Source: Octopus vulgaris
Lineage: Eukaryota
Assembly: GCA_951406725.2 (NCBI GenBank)
Contig: OX597817.1
Span: 130,944,001 to 131,008,000, forward strand
Direction: 5' to 3'
DNA length: 64,000 bases
Both the position numbers and the translations under genes were made by a program. Numbering within the stretch: position 1 is the first letter of the stretch; each line of letters opens with the position of its first letter. This document shows positions 38,186 to 52,574 of the stretch, one piece after another. The notes under the pieces were generated by a model, which worked only from the letters and a program-made list of their open reading frames with translations, had not been told where the DNA came from and searched no databases.

Positions 38186-40682
38186 CGTTGGAAGCATATG
38201 TCAATTAGTGAAGAAAGAATATTAGAGACATCATGACAATATAGCAAGGATTGTCCACTGGACACTTTGCAACAAGTATGGACTTGACGGAGAAAAAACG
38301 TGGTACAGACCATAAACCCGAAGGTATTATCAAATATGATAATGCAAAGATCCTATAGGATCTTATGATTCAGTGAAACCATGAGATAGAGAATAGGAAA
38401 CCAGACATAGTCTTAATAGAGAAACAAAGCAAACGATATAAGATATAAGTGAAGGAGCCACCTAAAACTGAGAAAAGGGAAAAGTTCTAGAAGATATGGA
38501 GCAACAAAAAACGATAGGGCAAGAGAAAATGAGACATGATGAAACTGAGGAGCAGAAATGGAAGGCAATAGGAATAGAAGGGCTGAGATGTGTACTTAGG
38601 GAATCTCAGAAATGGAAAACTCCAGGACTGGATCGAATTCCTAACTTCTGGTTAAATTGTCTGACACGAGTACACCAAAATTTATTTGCATCTTTAACTG
38701 ATGCTATCCAGAAACCAGAGAAAATAGCTGGCTGGCTGACTGACTGAGGGAACGACATACTTCTACCAGAAACTGAAGACACAAACAATCTAAAGAACTA
38801 CTGACTAATAACATGTCTCAACACCACCTGAAAGATCTTCACATCCATAATAACTGACAAAGCATACGGTTTGTTGAACAGAGATCTAGTCTTCCACTAG
38901 CTCAAAAAGGCTGTAAAATTAATTCTTATGGGTGCAAAGATCAATTACTCAGAAGTAAAATGCTTGTAGAGAATTGCCGGAGCAACAAGAAGAACCTGAG
39001 TATGGCATAGATAGACGAACACACGCGTCCTTCGGAACCATAGTAACGTGAGGAACCAAACTAACAAACGAGGCAAATTTCAAGGTGGCTCCCTACCCCC
39101 AATACTCTGATCCCAGAATTCAGCAATGGCATCGGGATGGTCTTTGGCTTGAGCTAAAGCAACATTTTTAAGAGGCAATCTCAGGCAAACAGCTTCCATT
39201 GAATTAGATATTGACACTACTATGAAGGAGCTTGACCCACAAGAAAATTACACATACACGGGGATAAACGAAGGAGGTAGTATACAACATGCTGCTATGA
39301 AGGAAAAAATAAGAAAAGAATATTACAGGAGAATAAGACACATACTAAAAACTGAACTCAACTCCAAAAATCGCATGGAAGCCATTAACACCCTGGCATT
39401 TCGAGTAGTCCAGTATAGTTTTAACATCATTAACTGGAATCTTACAGAGCTCCAACGCCTGGACATGAAGGCAAGAAAAATACTAACTTCTAAGAACATG
39501 CACCACCCAAAAGCAGATATTGACCGTCTGTGCCTACCTAGAAATAAAGGGGGAAGAGGAACGATGCAGATACAACTGTCCTATAAGACCTCCACAATAG
39601 CAACGAACAGGTACTTATCTAGTACAGAGGACTGGATGCTGCGGCTTGTATACAAACACGAAAGCAGCAAAAAGCTACATTCGATTATCAAGGAAGCTTG
39701 CAAATTCGCAAGGGAAGTTGACATTAATCCTGAAATAGTTGAAGAACCTGAAACCTGGATCAAGTAGACTTCAAAAAAAGAACGGACAGACACAAACTGA
39801 GGAGCGATGGAACTAGAAGCCTCTACATAGACAATATATAGTTCGAAGTAGAAATGCTGATATAGATCACTCAATAACACATCAGTGGCTGAGGATTTCA
39901 GGAGTTCAAGCAGAGACTGAAGGTTCTATAATGGCGACACAAAACCAAAACTTGCTGACAAAAACTACCAGGCTAACGTTCTATAAAACGGTTCTGATCT
40001 TAAATTCAGATTCTGCGATACATTTGACAAAACAATCGAACATCTCGTCTCGGGATGTCCTGTGCTGACACCAAACGAATATGATATTCGCCACGATAGG
40101 GTAGGACAGTATTTACATTTGAAACTATATAAACACTACAAAATCATCACTCCTGCTTGCTGGTATGAACATCATCCTGAGTCGCTTGTTCAATGTAAAA
40201 CTTTCACTATCACTGGAAAAATTAGGTGGGATTGGCTGATAAAAGGAACCCTAAAACAGACCGAGAGCACTATACTGACAGCACAAGACCAAGCTTTGAC
40301 CACGAACTAGAGGGTCAACATTTGGAATGAGCAAGTGTCTCTGCTGTGCCACATCTGCAATAGAGTCGATGAAACCATTACTCATATCACGAACAGTAAG
40401 TAAAAATCTTCAGAAGTACATGGGACAAATAGCGGTTGCAATAAGGGTGGGGCACTTGCAGAAAACAGTACTGCTTGGAACCGCTCGGATACTCCGTATC
40501 GAGCTCGAAAAAATAGGGATGTTACCTAAGCTCACTTGTACTGAACAGTTGACACCTAGTCCATCTCAATCATTAGAAGCTGTGCAGAGACAATAAAATA
40601 ATAATAGTAATAATAATAATATAAGAATGAAAATAATAATAATAATAATATAAGAATGAAAATAATAATAATAATAATAATT
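38185..40682 (+). mobile_element. Dong/R4-clade (RLE) LINE pieces, nested or scrambled, ending in (TAA)n
   Basis: WKTPGLDRIPNFWL, HPKADIDRLCLPRNKGGRG, RHDRVGQYLH, KPDIVL, AQDQAL, LQKTVLLGTARILR. Confidence 0.85.
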
Positions 40683-40999
40683 AACGGACCCCATAACAAA
40701 ACCAAATAAAAGAGAGAGAACGGCGGGTCGATAGTCATAAATACAATAAAATAGTTGATTTATGAGTTACACACACACCCCACTATGCGACACCTCTCCA
40801 AAACATACGAAAATAAACTCATACTGTAAACACCAAAAAAAATAAACAAAACCCGTATGTGCCATAGAAGTCCGATACCCAACAGAACACATCCTACGAT
40901 GTACAAACAATACACAATATATAAACTAATACAACAGAAGTCTCAAACCAAACCTCACAACAAACGCACTGATACAATATCCCCATCAAAACAAATGCA

Positions 41000-43900
41000 G
41001 TACCCATCATCCCACCAGCACAAAGATGCAACAAATGATTCAATAGAAAGTTGCTTGAAACTTTCAGATGTCGATAGATAATAGTGGTGATGACAATGGT
41101 GACGAACGTTACTTTACCTCACTTTATAAGAGATAAGAGTTTCCGAAGAAACTCTGGTGTAACAGCGAAAATGAAACTGGACCTTTAAGGGAAGGCCTCT
41201 CACTCGGAAGTGGTTCAGCAAAGATGCAGGCTGATCACAGCTGTTATTCTAACTCAGCATCAGCTGATCATAAAACTAGGAGGACCAGCAAAGAAATCAG
41301 GATAGGAATGCAGTGCTATTTAGAAAGTAAACCTTAAAGAAGGGGTTATAGAGAACGGTGTAGAGAAGGGTATGTTTCAAGTTGATTAGTTGATTAAGCT
41401 AATACTATTAGAAGAATGTGGATGATAGAATTGGCGGTAGAAGAGATCACAATAGAACTGGAAAACAAAAGTTGGGCAGTAGGAAAGACATACAACAACA
41501 AGAATACATCTCAAACCAAAGAAGAACCCAAAGGAAAAAATGATAACAGCGCTACCAAAGACTTAAGTGATTTAAGTGAGAAAGATCAGAAGATTTTAGA
41601 TGAGTTGTAGGAAGTAATGAGAAAAGAAGTAAGAAAAATATTGCCGGTATTAAATGGTACCAACAGAAGGAAGCTGCTAGAAAATGACTCGGAAAGTAGA
41701 TTCTGTTATCAATAGGATAGATACTAAAATATAAAAAATATAGTAGATACTGACTTATTGGTCTATGCAGTCAGAGTAGTAGTCACCATAAGATTAGCTA
41801 TTCCTGAAGGAAAGATTTTAAAAAAGCATATGAGGAAAAGGAGATTACAAAATAAAATAAGTGAAGACTTTAAGACAAAAATCTGAGTAGGATAGAAACC
41901 TGGAAGTTGATCAGGTTAGGAAACAGAAGATGCTATACTCTTGAAAAAAGACAGTTAAAGAGAAATGATTTGGAGCAGTCATAGAAGAGATGAAACAGCG
42001 TATCATAGTAGTAGCAGGTCAGCTCTCCAGATATCAGAAAAGAATAGATCAGTATCAACAGAATAGATTATTTCAGACAGACCAGAGCAGATTTCATAAC
42101 AAATGAAATGATGGAGAACGAAGTACTGAAGATGAGAAATCTAATGCAGAAGAAGCTACACATTTCTGGAGTAATATTTGGGATAAGGCAGTCAATCATA
42201 ATGGAAATGCAGGATGGTTAAAGAAAGTGAAAGAAGTAGTGAGTGAGAAGCAGCCAGATCTAAGATTAACTAGTACATTGATAATTAAAGTGTTAGATAA
42301 ATGCCGAATTGGAAGGGCCCAAAATCGGATTTAATTGAAGGGTGCTGGTTGAAAAAATTCAGTTGTTTACATGAGAGGCTTAGGGAACAACTTCAGAATT
42401 GCCTTATTGGAGGAATAATACCAGAGAGGATTAATAGATGCAGGACAATACTCATTATGAAAGATAAGAGCAAATGAAATACAGCTAGCAATTATAGACC
42501 GATCACATTCTTACCATTATTGTGGTAGCTGTTGAGAGGAATGCTTTCAGAAAGCATTTAGGAGCACCTTGACAGCCAGAATTTACTGCAAGAAAAACAA
42601 AAAAAGTTTCTAGAAGAAGGCTAGAGTAACGCATGATCTATTATACAAAGAGAAATAAGTAAAAGCTAGAAAGAAAAATATCTAACAATATCAAGGATAG
42701 ATAATAAGAAAGCCTATGACATGATCCCACAATCATGGATAAGTGATCGTTTGTGTATATTCAGAATGGAAAACAAAATAAGAGAATTAATTCGCTGTAG
42801 CATGAAGAAACGGAAAGTAGATACTTACTCAGGTGACACACTCTCAGGGAAAGTTAATATCAAGTGAGGAATTTTCCAAGGGGATTCGTTATCCCTTTTA
42901 ATATTTTTCTTTATATTTGATCCCCTTCAGTTTAGTATTAAGGAAGGTAAGGACAGGGTATCAGTTCAGAAATAGTAAGGGGAAAATTAGCCATTTGCTC
43001 TATATGGATAATGTGAAAATGTTTAGTAAGAATGGAAAAATATTCCTTAATACAGACTGTAAGACTCTTCAGCAAAGATATAAGCATGGAATTTGGCATA
43101 GATAAGTGTGCAATATTAGAAGTGAAAAGGGGACTTGTAGTCAATAGCGAAGTCATCCAATTACCAGATGGCCAGACATCAAGATCGCTGAGGAAAGGGG
43201 AGTATTACAGTATCTAGGAGTATTAGAATCTAAGAAAGTACTAGCTACAGAAATGAAAACGAATATTGAGAAGGAGCGGATCAGAAGTGTGAGGAAGTTA
43301 ATGAAGTGAGAGCGAAATGGTCTGAATCTAGTAAATTCTGTAAATACTTGAACAATATCATTACTTAGATACTCAGCAGCTTTTGTAGATTGGACAAAAA
43401 CTGAATTAGCAAAGCTAGACAGAATAAATAGGAAGGCATTCAATAGGAATGGAGAACTCCATCCCAGAGCAGGAGTGACAGGATTATACTTACCTAGAAA
43501 GGAAGGTGGAAGAGACTTAATATCAGTAGAATCTTCGTGGACTTAGTTAAAGTAGATGTAGACTCCTGTGTAGGCAAGAGTGAAGAAAGTTTAAGAGCTG
43601 CTAGAGTAACAGCAGGACACAGGGAAACCAAAGTCAATCGAAATTAAAAACCAGGAAAAGAATAGAAATTATCTGATTGGCAGGAGAAGGCTTTGCATGC
43701 TAGATTACCAAAGGTAGTTGCAGTAAATAATAGTAGTGAGACATGTTTATGTTTGCAGAAATGAAGGCTAAAAAGAGAAACAAAGTTTGTTAGCAGTAGC
43801 ACAAGATCAAGCATTAAGGACTAATTGCATAAAAGCCAAAAACCGAGGGGATTCACAATGTAGGTTATAGAAATAAAGATTCAAGTTTTACTCATGCAGT

Positions 43901-44506
43901 AAGTGAATGTAGCACGCTGACACAAAAAGAATACTGGAAAATACGTGACAATCCCTAGAGAGTAATCCACTGGGAGCTGTGGAGAAAGTTAGGATTTGAA
44001 CCTACTGATAAATGGTTTGAACATGAACCTAGTAAATTACTAGAAAGTAAGAAATATAAGATATTGTGGGACTTTGATATACAGACTGACAGTGTAATAA
44101 AAACTAGAAGGCCTGATTTAGTTGTAATTGATAAAGAGTATAGAAAGTGCCAGATAATTGTCTTTACAGTCCCAAATGAGAAACAATCAATATGAGAGGT
44201 ATAGAAAAGATAGCAAAGTGCCAGGACCTAGTTATTGAATTACAGAGACTATGTAAAGTGCGGGTAAAATGTATTCCAGTTGTTATAGGTGCATTACGAA
44301 CTATCCCTAAAGATCTGAACAGATGAATAAAAGAAGTAGGCATAAAACCCAGTTTAGTACAGCTGCGGAAAACAGTGTTTTTAGGGATAGCTAAGATACT
44401 TAGGAGTGTTCTTGGCATCTAAGGTTACTTGTTGTAGACCGATGTTAGGAATTTTTACCAACGATCTAATATTATGTGTGTATATGAATAATAATATTAA
44501 TAATAA

Positions 44507-44603
<97 letters not shown>
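41000..44603 (+). mobile_element. Dong/R4-clade LINE, near full length, decayed, with (TAA)n tail
   Basis: GIFQGDSLSP, SHLLYMDN, FGIDKCA, YLPRKEGGR, RPDLVVID, then (TAA)n at ~44490-44600. Confidence 0.88.
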
Positions 44604-45439
44604 CCATGGATGAAATTTACAAACATTTTAATGTAACGTGCGTTTCCACGAATCACATGTTTCTAAAGATCATAGTGTGTTTTCCTAGAATGATTACAGT
44701 ACACACCTTAGTATCCATGGATATCGGGAAGGTCATGTGTGCGTGTTCATTTCTTCGGGCGATATGGCATTAACGGATGTTTAACTGAGGGTTGTTTATC
44801 AATTTTGACCAATGAAAAGGTTGGTTGAGCTATGTGGGCATGTTTCTGTGTATTTGGTGGGAAGGAGTAGAAGGTGAGGGAAAGAGAGAAAGGAATTGTA
44901 GTTATAAGGAGATGGAAGTGTGTGTGGTTATGTTGGACTTATTTCCATATTTGGTTTGACCTGAGTCACAGCAGGCGTCCTGTCAATGCATTCAGCAGCG
45001 AAAAAAAGCAATATAAATAGCAAAAGGTAGCAACAACAACAACAACACAAGCAACAGAAAACAGGTATTTTGTTATTATTTGTTGTACCTGTTTTGTAAA
45101 ATCATAGCCTCAAAGTGAGAGCTAATATCTCGGTTGTTGGTCCATCATAGACTATTTTTGTTACTTGTATCACTTTGACAATTTCTTTAAACATAACCAT
45201 GGATAAAATTCAGCTAATTTGTATACAATGTTTTCTTTTGGTGACTTGTAGAGTTTTGCAACTTCTCGGAGTGTCATATCTCAAGTATTCAGTTTGAGAT
45301 TACTTTTTTAACGCTCATAATATTATCTGCCTCTGCCGCATGTATGCAAATTTGTTTCATGGATGCACTTCGACACACTATGGCTAGTAGATGTCAAAGG
45401 CCTAGATACAATTACTGTCTGTATCAACTCATACATGAA

Positions 45440-45681
<242 letters not shown>

Positions 45682-46785
45682 TCAGTCTACTTCGAAGTAA
45701 TCTTTAACACAGTTTCTGTGCAAATTTCTGGTGTGAAATTAATGATTTTCGAGCTTAGACATCAATAGCCTGTGTCATATCAAGCGACCAAGCGATTGGT
45801 GAGCGTTGCTACAGCAAACACTTCTTCAAAGAAAACCAGATAAAACGCATATACCTGGATATAACTCACTCAACAAGCAACTCCTTACTGGAATGGACCT
45901 TGATACCACAAAACTTAATTTGAAAAGGATTTAGTAAAATCCTACCAGGTGGTGCTATTGAGTTAGATATGGCCTGGACCAATCTTTGGCCGAAATATAT
46001 CTAAGTTATTTAAGCATATATATATATATATATATATAATTTCAATGGAGGCAATAACAGCGGAAAACTAGAGGAATATGACCTATTATCCAATGGAATA
46101 TTCAATATATATATATATGTACTTTCATTGGACCTCAATACATCAATATAAAGTTCTAGATAATACAGTATCAAAACATACAAGTATATAAACATATAAT
46201 TATTTAATATTTTAAAATATTTGAATATATTTAAAAATACGTTGGCATTATAAATATATAAATATATAAATAGATATACAAATAGATATAAAAATGGATA
46301 TAAAACGTCGATATGAAATAAGATAAAAACTAGTAGGTATTTAAAAATATCCAAAATGTTCATATATATCAAGTAGTCAGCGTGAAAAACCTCAGAAGAG
46401 AAAAAAAAGAGAGTTGCATTCGGTACGATGTGTTTATTTATTTTAGTAGTTTTGACTTCAAGAGTCCCTCCTAGCGTGTGGCATTTATGTGTAGTAATGC
46501 CCTTTATATAATATAAATAAATAGATTTAAGTGATAAAAATTGGTGGATCTTTTCTCTTATGAGGTTTTATTATAAAGAATTTATCCTATTATTAAATTG
46601 TGAATTTAACCGGAGTATATTCAATAATGAATTTTTATTTCGTATAAGCTCATTGTTACCGATAGGCAATTCGAAAAAAACCGCCATTTACATAGATGTA
46701 CAAGGGTGAACATTTCTATATACAACATTGGTTGTTCGTCTGGTATGTTGATTTTGTTCATTCATTATAAATCTAGAATTATGTT

Positions 46786-46843
46786 TGCACTGATGAGTAA
46801 CGAGTGCACCACTGCACTGATTATGAAATCACGGTGATCTGCA
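46786..46843 (+). ncRNA. Type I hammerhead ribozyme motif between direct repeats
   Basis: tgca-CTGATGA-gtaa..agtgca-ccac-tgcact..ttat-GAAA-tcacggtga-TC-tgca, with an AUC triplet. Confidence 0.65.
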
Positions 46844-47952
46844 GCTAAATTCTGTTTGTAAATGACTTGCTTCGAGAGTTGCATTCGGTACGATGGGTTT
46901 ATTTATTTTAGTAGTTTTGACTTTAAGAGTCCCTCCTAGCGTGTGGCATTTATGTGTAGTAATGCCCTCTATACAATATATATATATTGGTATCTCTTTG
47001 ATACCTATATATATACCTATATATATAGGAATCTCTTTGTCTCCATTAATATTCACAGGCGTCGTTCTGCTTGCGTTGCACGTTGTAACCATGTCTCGGT
47101 TCCTTGATATGTACTGACAATGCACGACCTTTGTGAATAAAGGGCTCTTTGAGGTGGTGTCTTTGGCTTCCAGTTCTCCATATAAACATGTTAGGTCTGT
47201 CTTTTGCTCCAGAGACTGGGAGATTTATTACCTGACTTGCAACAGATGGCATTTGGCAGCAGAAAGGGAACCTGACCACACAAACCTCTACCCCAGTATA
47301 CTCATCTGACCCTTACAGCATTGTAAGGTAGAAGTTAAACAATAGTAGATATGTGTATGTGGGAGGGATTGGGCACGCTCGTATGTGTATGTGTTTGTAA
47401 TATCTAAGAAATTTACCCTCTTGTTTCTCCTCCTCGTCCTCATCACCATCATTGAGCATCTGTTTTCTTTGCTGGAATGGGTTGGATTGTTCGATAACCG
47501 GACGACTGTGCCAAACTCTATTCTCTGCTATCGTTGTATATTTTCAAACTTACCCAAATTTACTTACCCATAATTAATGCTCCACTTTCCTCCATAGGGC
47601 ATCTATTCTGTTTTCGCAGAGCATGAAGTTTTGTAACGGCACATCCGCTGCCGTTAGTGGAAAAAGAAGATGCCATATTCACCACGAACGTTTTACACCC
47701 CTTCCAGGACTACCTACCAAATTGTTACAATTGTGAGAACGATGACACAGCCTTTTCAGGGCCACCTCACATTCTATTGTTACCCCCTTCTGAGAGTGTT
47801 GCAATGTGCTTTGCAGGGCTTTCTATCCAGTTGCAAATCGATTGGTTGGGCGTAAACTTATATCAATCTTTGCCTCAATAATCATTATTGAGTAGAATCA
47901 TTAAGAGTACTTTAAAGCAATTAAGCCCCGAGCAATGTTGAGCACTTCTGCA

Positions 47953-48000
<48 letters not shown>

Positions 48001-48569
48001 TTGCAGAAGTGCCCAACATTGCTCGGGGAAATACTTTCACATAAAATAATCGAAATTAGGTTCTGTAGAAAACAAGTTATGATAAAATATGTAGGGCCAA
48101 AAATGGGAGAGTAACACCCGATACTTACTTTGCCTCATAATTTCTCAGTTATTGGAAAAGCAAACTATAAGTTAATCATAATTTTTAAACGCATTTGATG
48201 AGTAGAAGCTTTTAGTGAAAGTCTCTTTAATAGATATTAGGTAGTAAAAAGATGTTATGCAGTCTTAAGTAGCCAAAACTATGGTAAGTAATGCCCAAAA
48301 TTGACTCTGACTCAAAATGTCTCGGGTATTTCATAAGCTATACATTTTCACGGTAGAAAAAAGTTATAAAAAATGTAGGGCTAAAACTGGGAGAGCTGCG
48401 CCTAATATTTACTTTCTCATTTTAATTATGATGTTTAAAAGAACTTAATGAATAGGATCTTTTGGTAAAGACCTTGCTAAATGATATTAGATAGAACAAA
48501 AATCATGCAACTTTAAGTAGCCAAAAAATTGGTGCTAAAGATGTGCATTTCCTATTAAAAAGAGGCCAC

Positions 48570-49950
48570 AAGAATTTGAGGGAAAAAGTGTCATGGGAGG
48601 CCTACCATGTCCAATTTGAACTATTGATTGACCAGAAAGGATAGGATGATGAGCAAAGTGCAGTTCAGCTTGCTACTAGTCTACAGGGCACTACACTAGA
48701 GGTACTGAGCCAGTTGTCTGTGGAGGACAGGAGTTGATATTCTTCAATAGTTGAACTGTTCATGAGAAGATATGGCACAATGTGCCTGAGTGAAGTGTAC
48801 GGGGTACGATTTCAGACCCACATAAGGGTTAGAGGAGAATCACACTGCTTGTCCAGGCACCTTTAGGTCTTCTTCAGAAAGAGCAGTTTATCGATGTTTA
48901 GGTCAGGGCAGGGCAGTGCAGAGCTCAAAGTTCAAGTGAAACAAGCACAGCCAAATACTGTTCAAGAGACATTGGCTAAAGCTCTGGAATTTGAGTCGTA
49001 CGGTCTGGCACAGGAAGATTTCAGGTGGACTACAGTCCTAGATTCAAAGCAAGGAAGGAGCAAGTACATGAAGCTTGAAGATTTAATGGAAGTTGTTGGT
49101 ACCACGAGAAGATTGGACATAAAAAAATAAAGCTGTTTGAAAAAGAAGGAACAAGAGATAGTTGGAATAAATTGTTGGCTTTGTGGGAAGCAAGGACACA
49201 CGATGCCAGATTGTTGTATCCTGAAGAGAGAGCAAAGGCAGGACGGTAGTAAAATGTTCACACTTAGGAGAGAGTTTGGGACATGTGGTGGAAAGGACAT
49301 CTTAGTTTTGACTGCCCAACATGAAAGAAGGATATTGAGAAGGTAACGAAAGACAAAGGTGAGTCGGAAAACTAGAAGAGGCTGGTGTTAAGGGGCAACT
49401 GCCAGCGAATATTCCAAAGAACTCCCAACTCTGAGAAGAGGTGAAAGGATTGTAATTGACAGTATACAAATGGATGGTAGAAGTGACGGCTAGAAATGTC
49501 ACCTTGTGACTGGTTCGGCTTTGGAGCAGACATTTGTGACTCTCAAGATGTTACAGCATCAAAACCTACCAGTTATCATGGCAGTTGTATGGAGTTACTG
49601 AACAATGTACTGACTTGAGAGAATCGTCTGATGTCCTGATTGAAGTTGCAGGTCAAAGGTCGCACTTCCAGTCTACGTGGTGGAAATGAAGTATCCTTGT
49701 TTCCTAGGTCTGGACTACTTGTCGTTTATCGGGTGTGAACTGGATGTCTGCTTTATGAAGCTTTGGATCAAAGAAAGATTAGATTGTGTCAAGGTGGTAA
49801 AGCGGATAATTACAGGTGGTGAAGCGAAAGCATTACGGATGACAGTGTTCCCACCGAAATCGGAACTGTAGATCTAGTGTAGTGTGAAGCACCATATTGA
49901 CACAGGTGATCATTGCCCAATCGAGCAACCGGTTTGGAGGATGGTGCCAG
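48570..49950 (+). mobile_element. Gypsy gag-protease-pol fragment, decayed
   Basis: SWEAYHVQFE, QLATSLQG, CWLCGKQGHTMPDC knuckle, FLGLDYL, KHHIDTGDHCPI. Confidence 0.8.
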
Positions 49951-50829
49951 TGCATCAAAATTGCAAAATCTTCGTCAAAACTTTGTACTGGAGACCAAAT
50001 CTTTCCAGGAAGTTAAAGAACAGCATACACATGTGTTGCAGGAACTTGATAGGGAAAAACTTGAACCAGAAAGTAGATCTTTTAATGAAATAAAATGGGA
50101 AACTAAAAGAGCAAATTTCCTCACTGAACAGTGATAACAGCGGAGGGTCAGAAAATAAATTTCAGTTGATTTGGAAAATTGACGAACTAAAGGGGAATAT
50201 CTTGAGAAAGAAAATGAAAGAAATGAAAAAATTCAGGTATAATAGAGTTAATCATGATGAAATAAAATAAGGATATTCTTCATAACATTGTATTAATAAT
50301 AAACAAAAACGAATCACGATTTCAAAATTTTTATTTGATACATGAGTATTTATGATAAAGCATCAGAGTATTTTTATCAAATTTTATATTTATTTGCACT
50401 ATTTTAAGCTCTTTTCCTGTATTTTAGGTTAATTTTTTGGTGAAATAATTATTATTTATGGATGATTTTCTGTTTGGATTGAAGATTTCAAAAGCAAAAT
50501 TTATTTCTCTGAAAAACACACCATTTCAGAGCTTTCCAAGGTTAAATACAGAATAGACCGAAAGACAGAAGGAGCCAACGAGAGTTAGCTGTCAGATATA
50601 ATTCATATAAAAGGTACATTTCTATGATGCCATTAAGAAACAAACAATTTACACACCACAAGTTCAGAGTCTGACATTTTGTAAATAGAAACATTTGGAC
50701 ACAGCATGCTCAGGCTTAATTCCACAACATTTTATGTCACCTTTCAGGAAAAAAAACACTTTATGTATTGGTGAAAATTCAACATTGTTGGAGAGAATAA
50801 AGATTAAAGATGTAGATCAAAAAAGTTAA

Positions 50830-51425
50830 CTAACACAGAGGACTGGAAACCATCTGAATATTGGAAGAGAGTTAGCTGTATCATTATGATTCATACTGGG
50901 TATAAAAGATGCTGACATTATGACTGCTGTTAAATGCTTTCTGAACACTGTAAAAGATGTAAGACATGACATGCACAGCAGCAACAGAGACTACAAAGCA
51001 GCAGGCTCATGTCTGGGTGTGTCTCTTGATTGCTACTCAGACTTCCGCAAAGAATCAAAAGTACTTCTCAGAGAATTTCTATGCTTTCTTCATCCCTAAT
51101 TCATGGCCTCTTAATTCTCCTGGTTGTAATCATTTGTGAGGCGCAGTTGTGAAAGACACTGACTGTTCTGTTTCAACATAAATGCTGAGCAAGTAGACAA
51201 GATCAAGGAGGTGCTTGAAGATTTTTCCAGGGACAAAGTGAGAATACTTATGCCAGGTTCTGGAGTTGTCTTGGGACCATGGTGGAAGCTGAGGGTGGCT
51301 AGTTTGAGTAAACTGCTGTCTTCCAGCCGTAATCTAGTTCATATTCTTTTAATATATTCTTATTCTTAGATGGGATACTGTGGTTTATGTTATTATTATG
51401 CATACTGTCAAACTTAACGCAAACA
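50830..51425 (+). mobile_element. Tc1/mariner-superfamily relic
   Basis: Homologous to 30130-30990; WPLNSPGCN motif. Confidence 0.5.
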
Positions 51426-52189
51426 CCCTCCACGAATAGAGCCACATATTGCTCCATTAATCATACACAAAAGAAATAGATCATACACAAATTAATCAAT
51501 TAATCATACACAAAAGAAATAGATCACAGGTGAACTGGCTTTCGTTTAGAATTGTCAGCTAAACAAGTATTTTGAGTTGTTAATACATAGACAGGTTGTA
51601 GTTATTGTCATAAAAACAATTACATAAAAATTAAGAATAACAATATTAAAAAAATACATAAGCATAAGACAGATTTATGTATAGATCTGTGTATGTGTGT
51701 GGATAATTGTGTGTAAATGACTGTATATGTATGTGAAATTACAGAGTAAATACAGTTCCACTATTGTTTTTAGATTCAATTATTCTTTTGTTTGTGTCAA
51801 ATAAACTCTGAAAAACAAGTTATGTTTCATTTGTGAATGAAACTGTGGAAAAGAACTGGCTTAACATGCAGCTAACTCACATAAATTAGTGAAAGTAAAA
51901 TGCCCCTAAAATAATGAAAGCCTGCTGTGATAGAAACCTAGAGATGACAATAATGACATCCCAGAATTTCATGTAAACAATGTTTGCAATAATAACTAAT
52001 GTATCCAATACATAAACGTAAATATATTTAATTAATATGAAAACTGTACATGTATTTTCTATAAGATTGGAACAATCACATTTCGAGGAAAATATTGATG
52101 CATGAAGTGAAATTTGTGAACACTTATGCTCGTCTCTAAATTTGTGTTGCTAAGGATGTTCATGAAGACATGGTGTAAATATATCATCA

Positions 52190-52565
52190 CTAGGCAAAGT
52201 TGTGCCTGTTTGATAAGAAGCTTGCTTTCCAACCACATACTTCCAGGTTCAGTCCCAATCATTGACACCTAGGGCAAGTGTCTTCTACTGTAGCCTCAGG
52301 CCGATATTTTTACTGGATTTCGTAGACAGAAACTGAAAGAAGCCCATCGTACACACACACACGTGTGTGTGTGTATGTGTGTGTCCTACCACGAAAGCTT
52401 AATCGGTGTTGGTGTGTTTAGTTCTCCGTAACTTAGCGGTTCAGCAAAAGACCCTCAATAGAAGAAGTAATAGGCTAAAAATAAAAGTCCTGATGTTGTC
52501 AATTTGTTCAAAGGCGATGTTCCAGCAAGGCTACGGTCAAGTGACTGAAACAAGTAAAAGAGGCA
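52190..52565 (+). mobile_element. tRNA-derived SINE
   Basis: Same family as 7968-8270. Confidence 0.65.
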
Positions 52566-52574
52566 TAAATAGAT

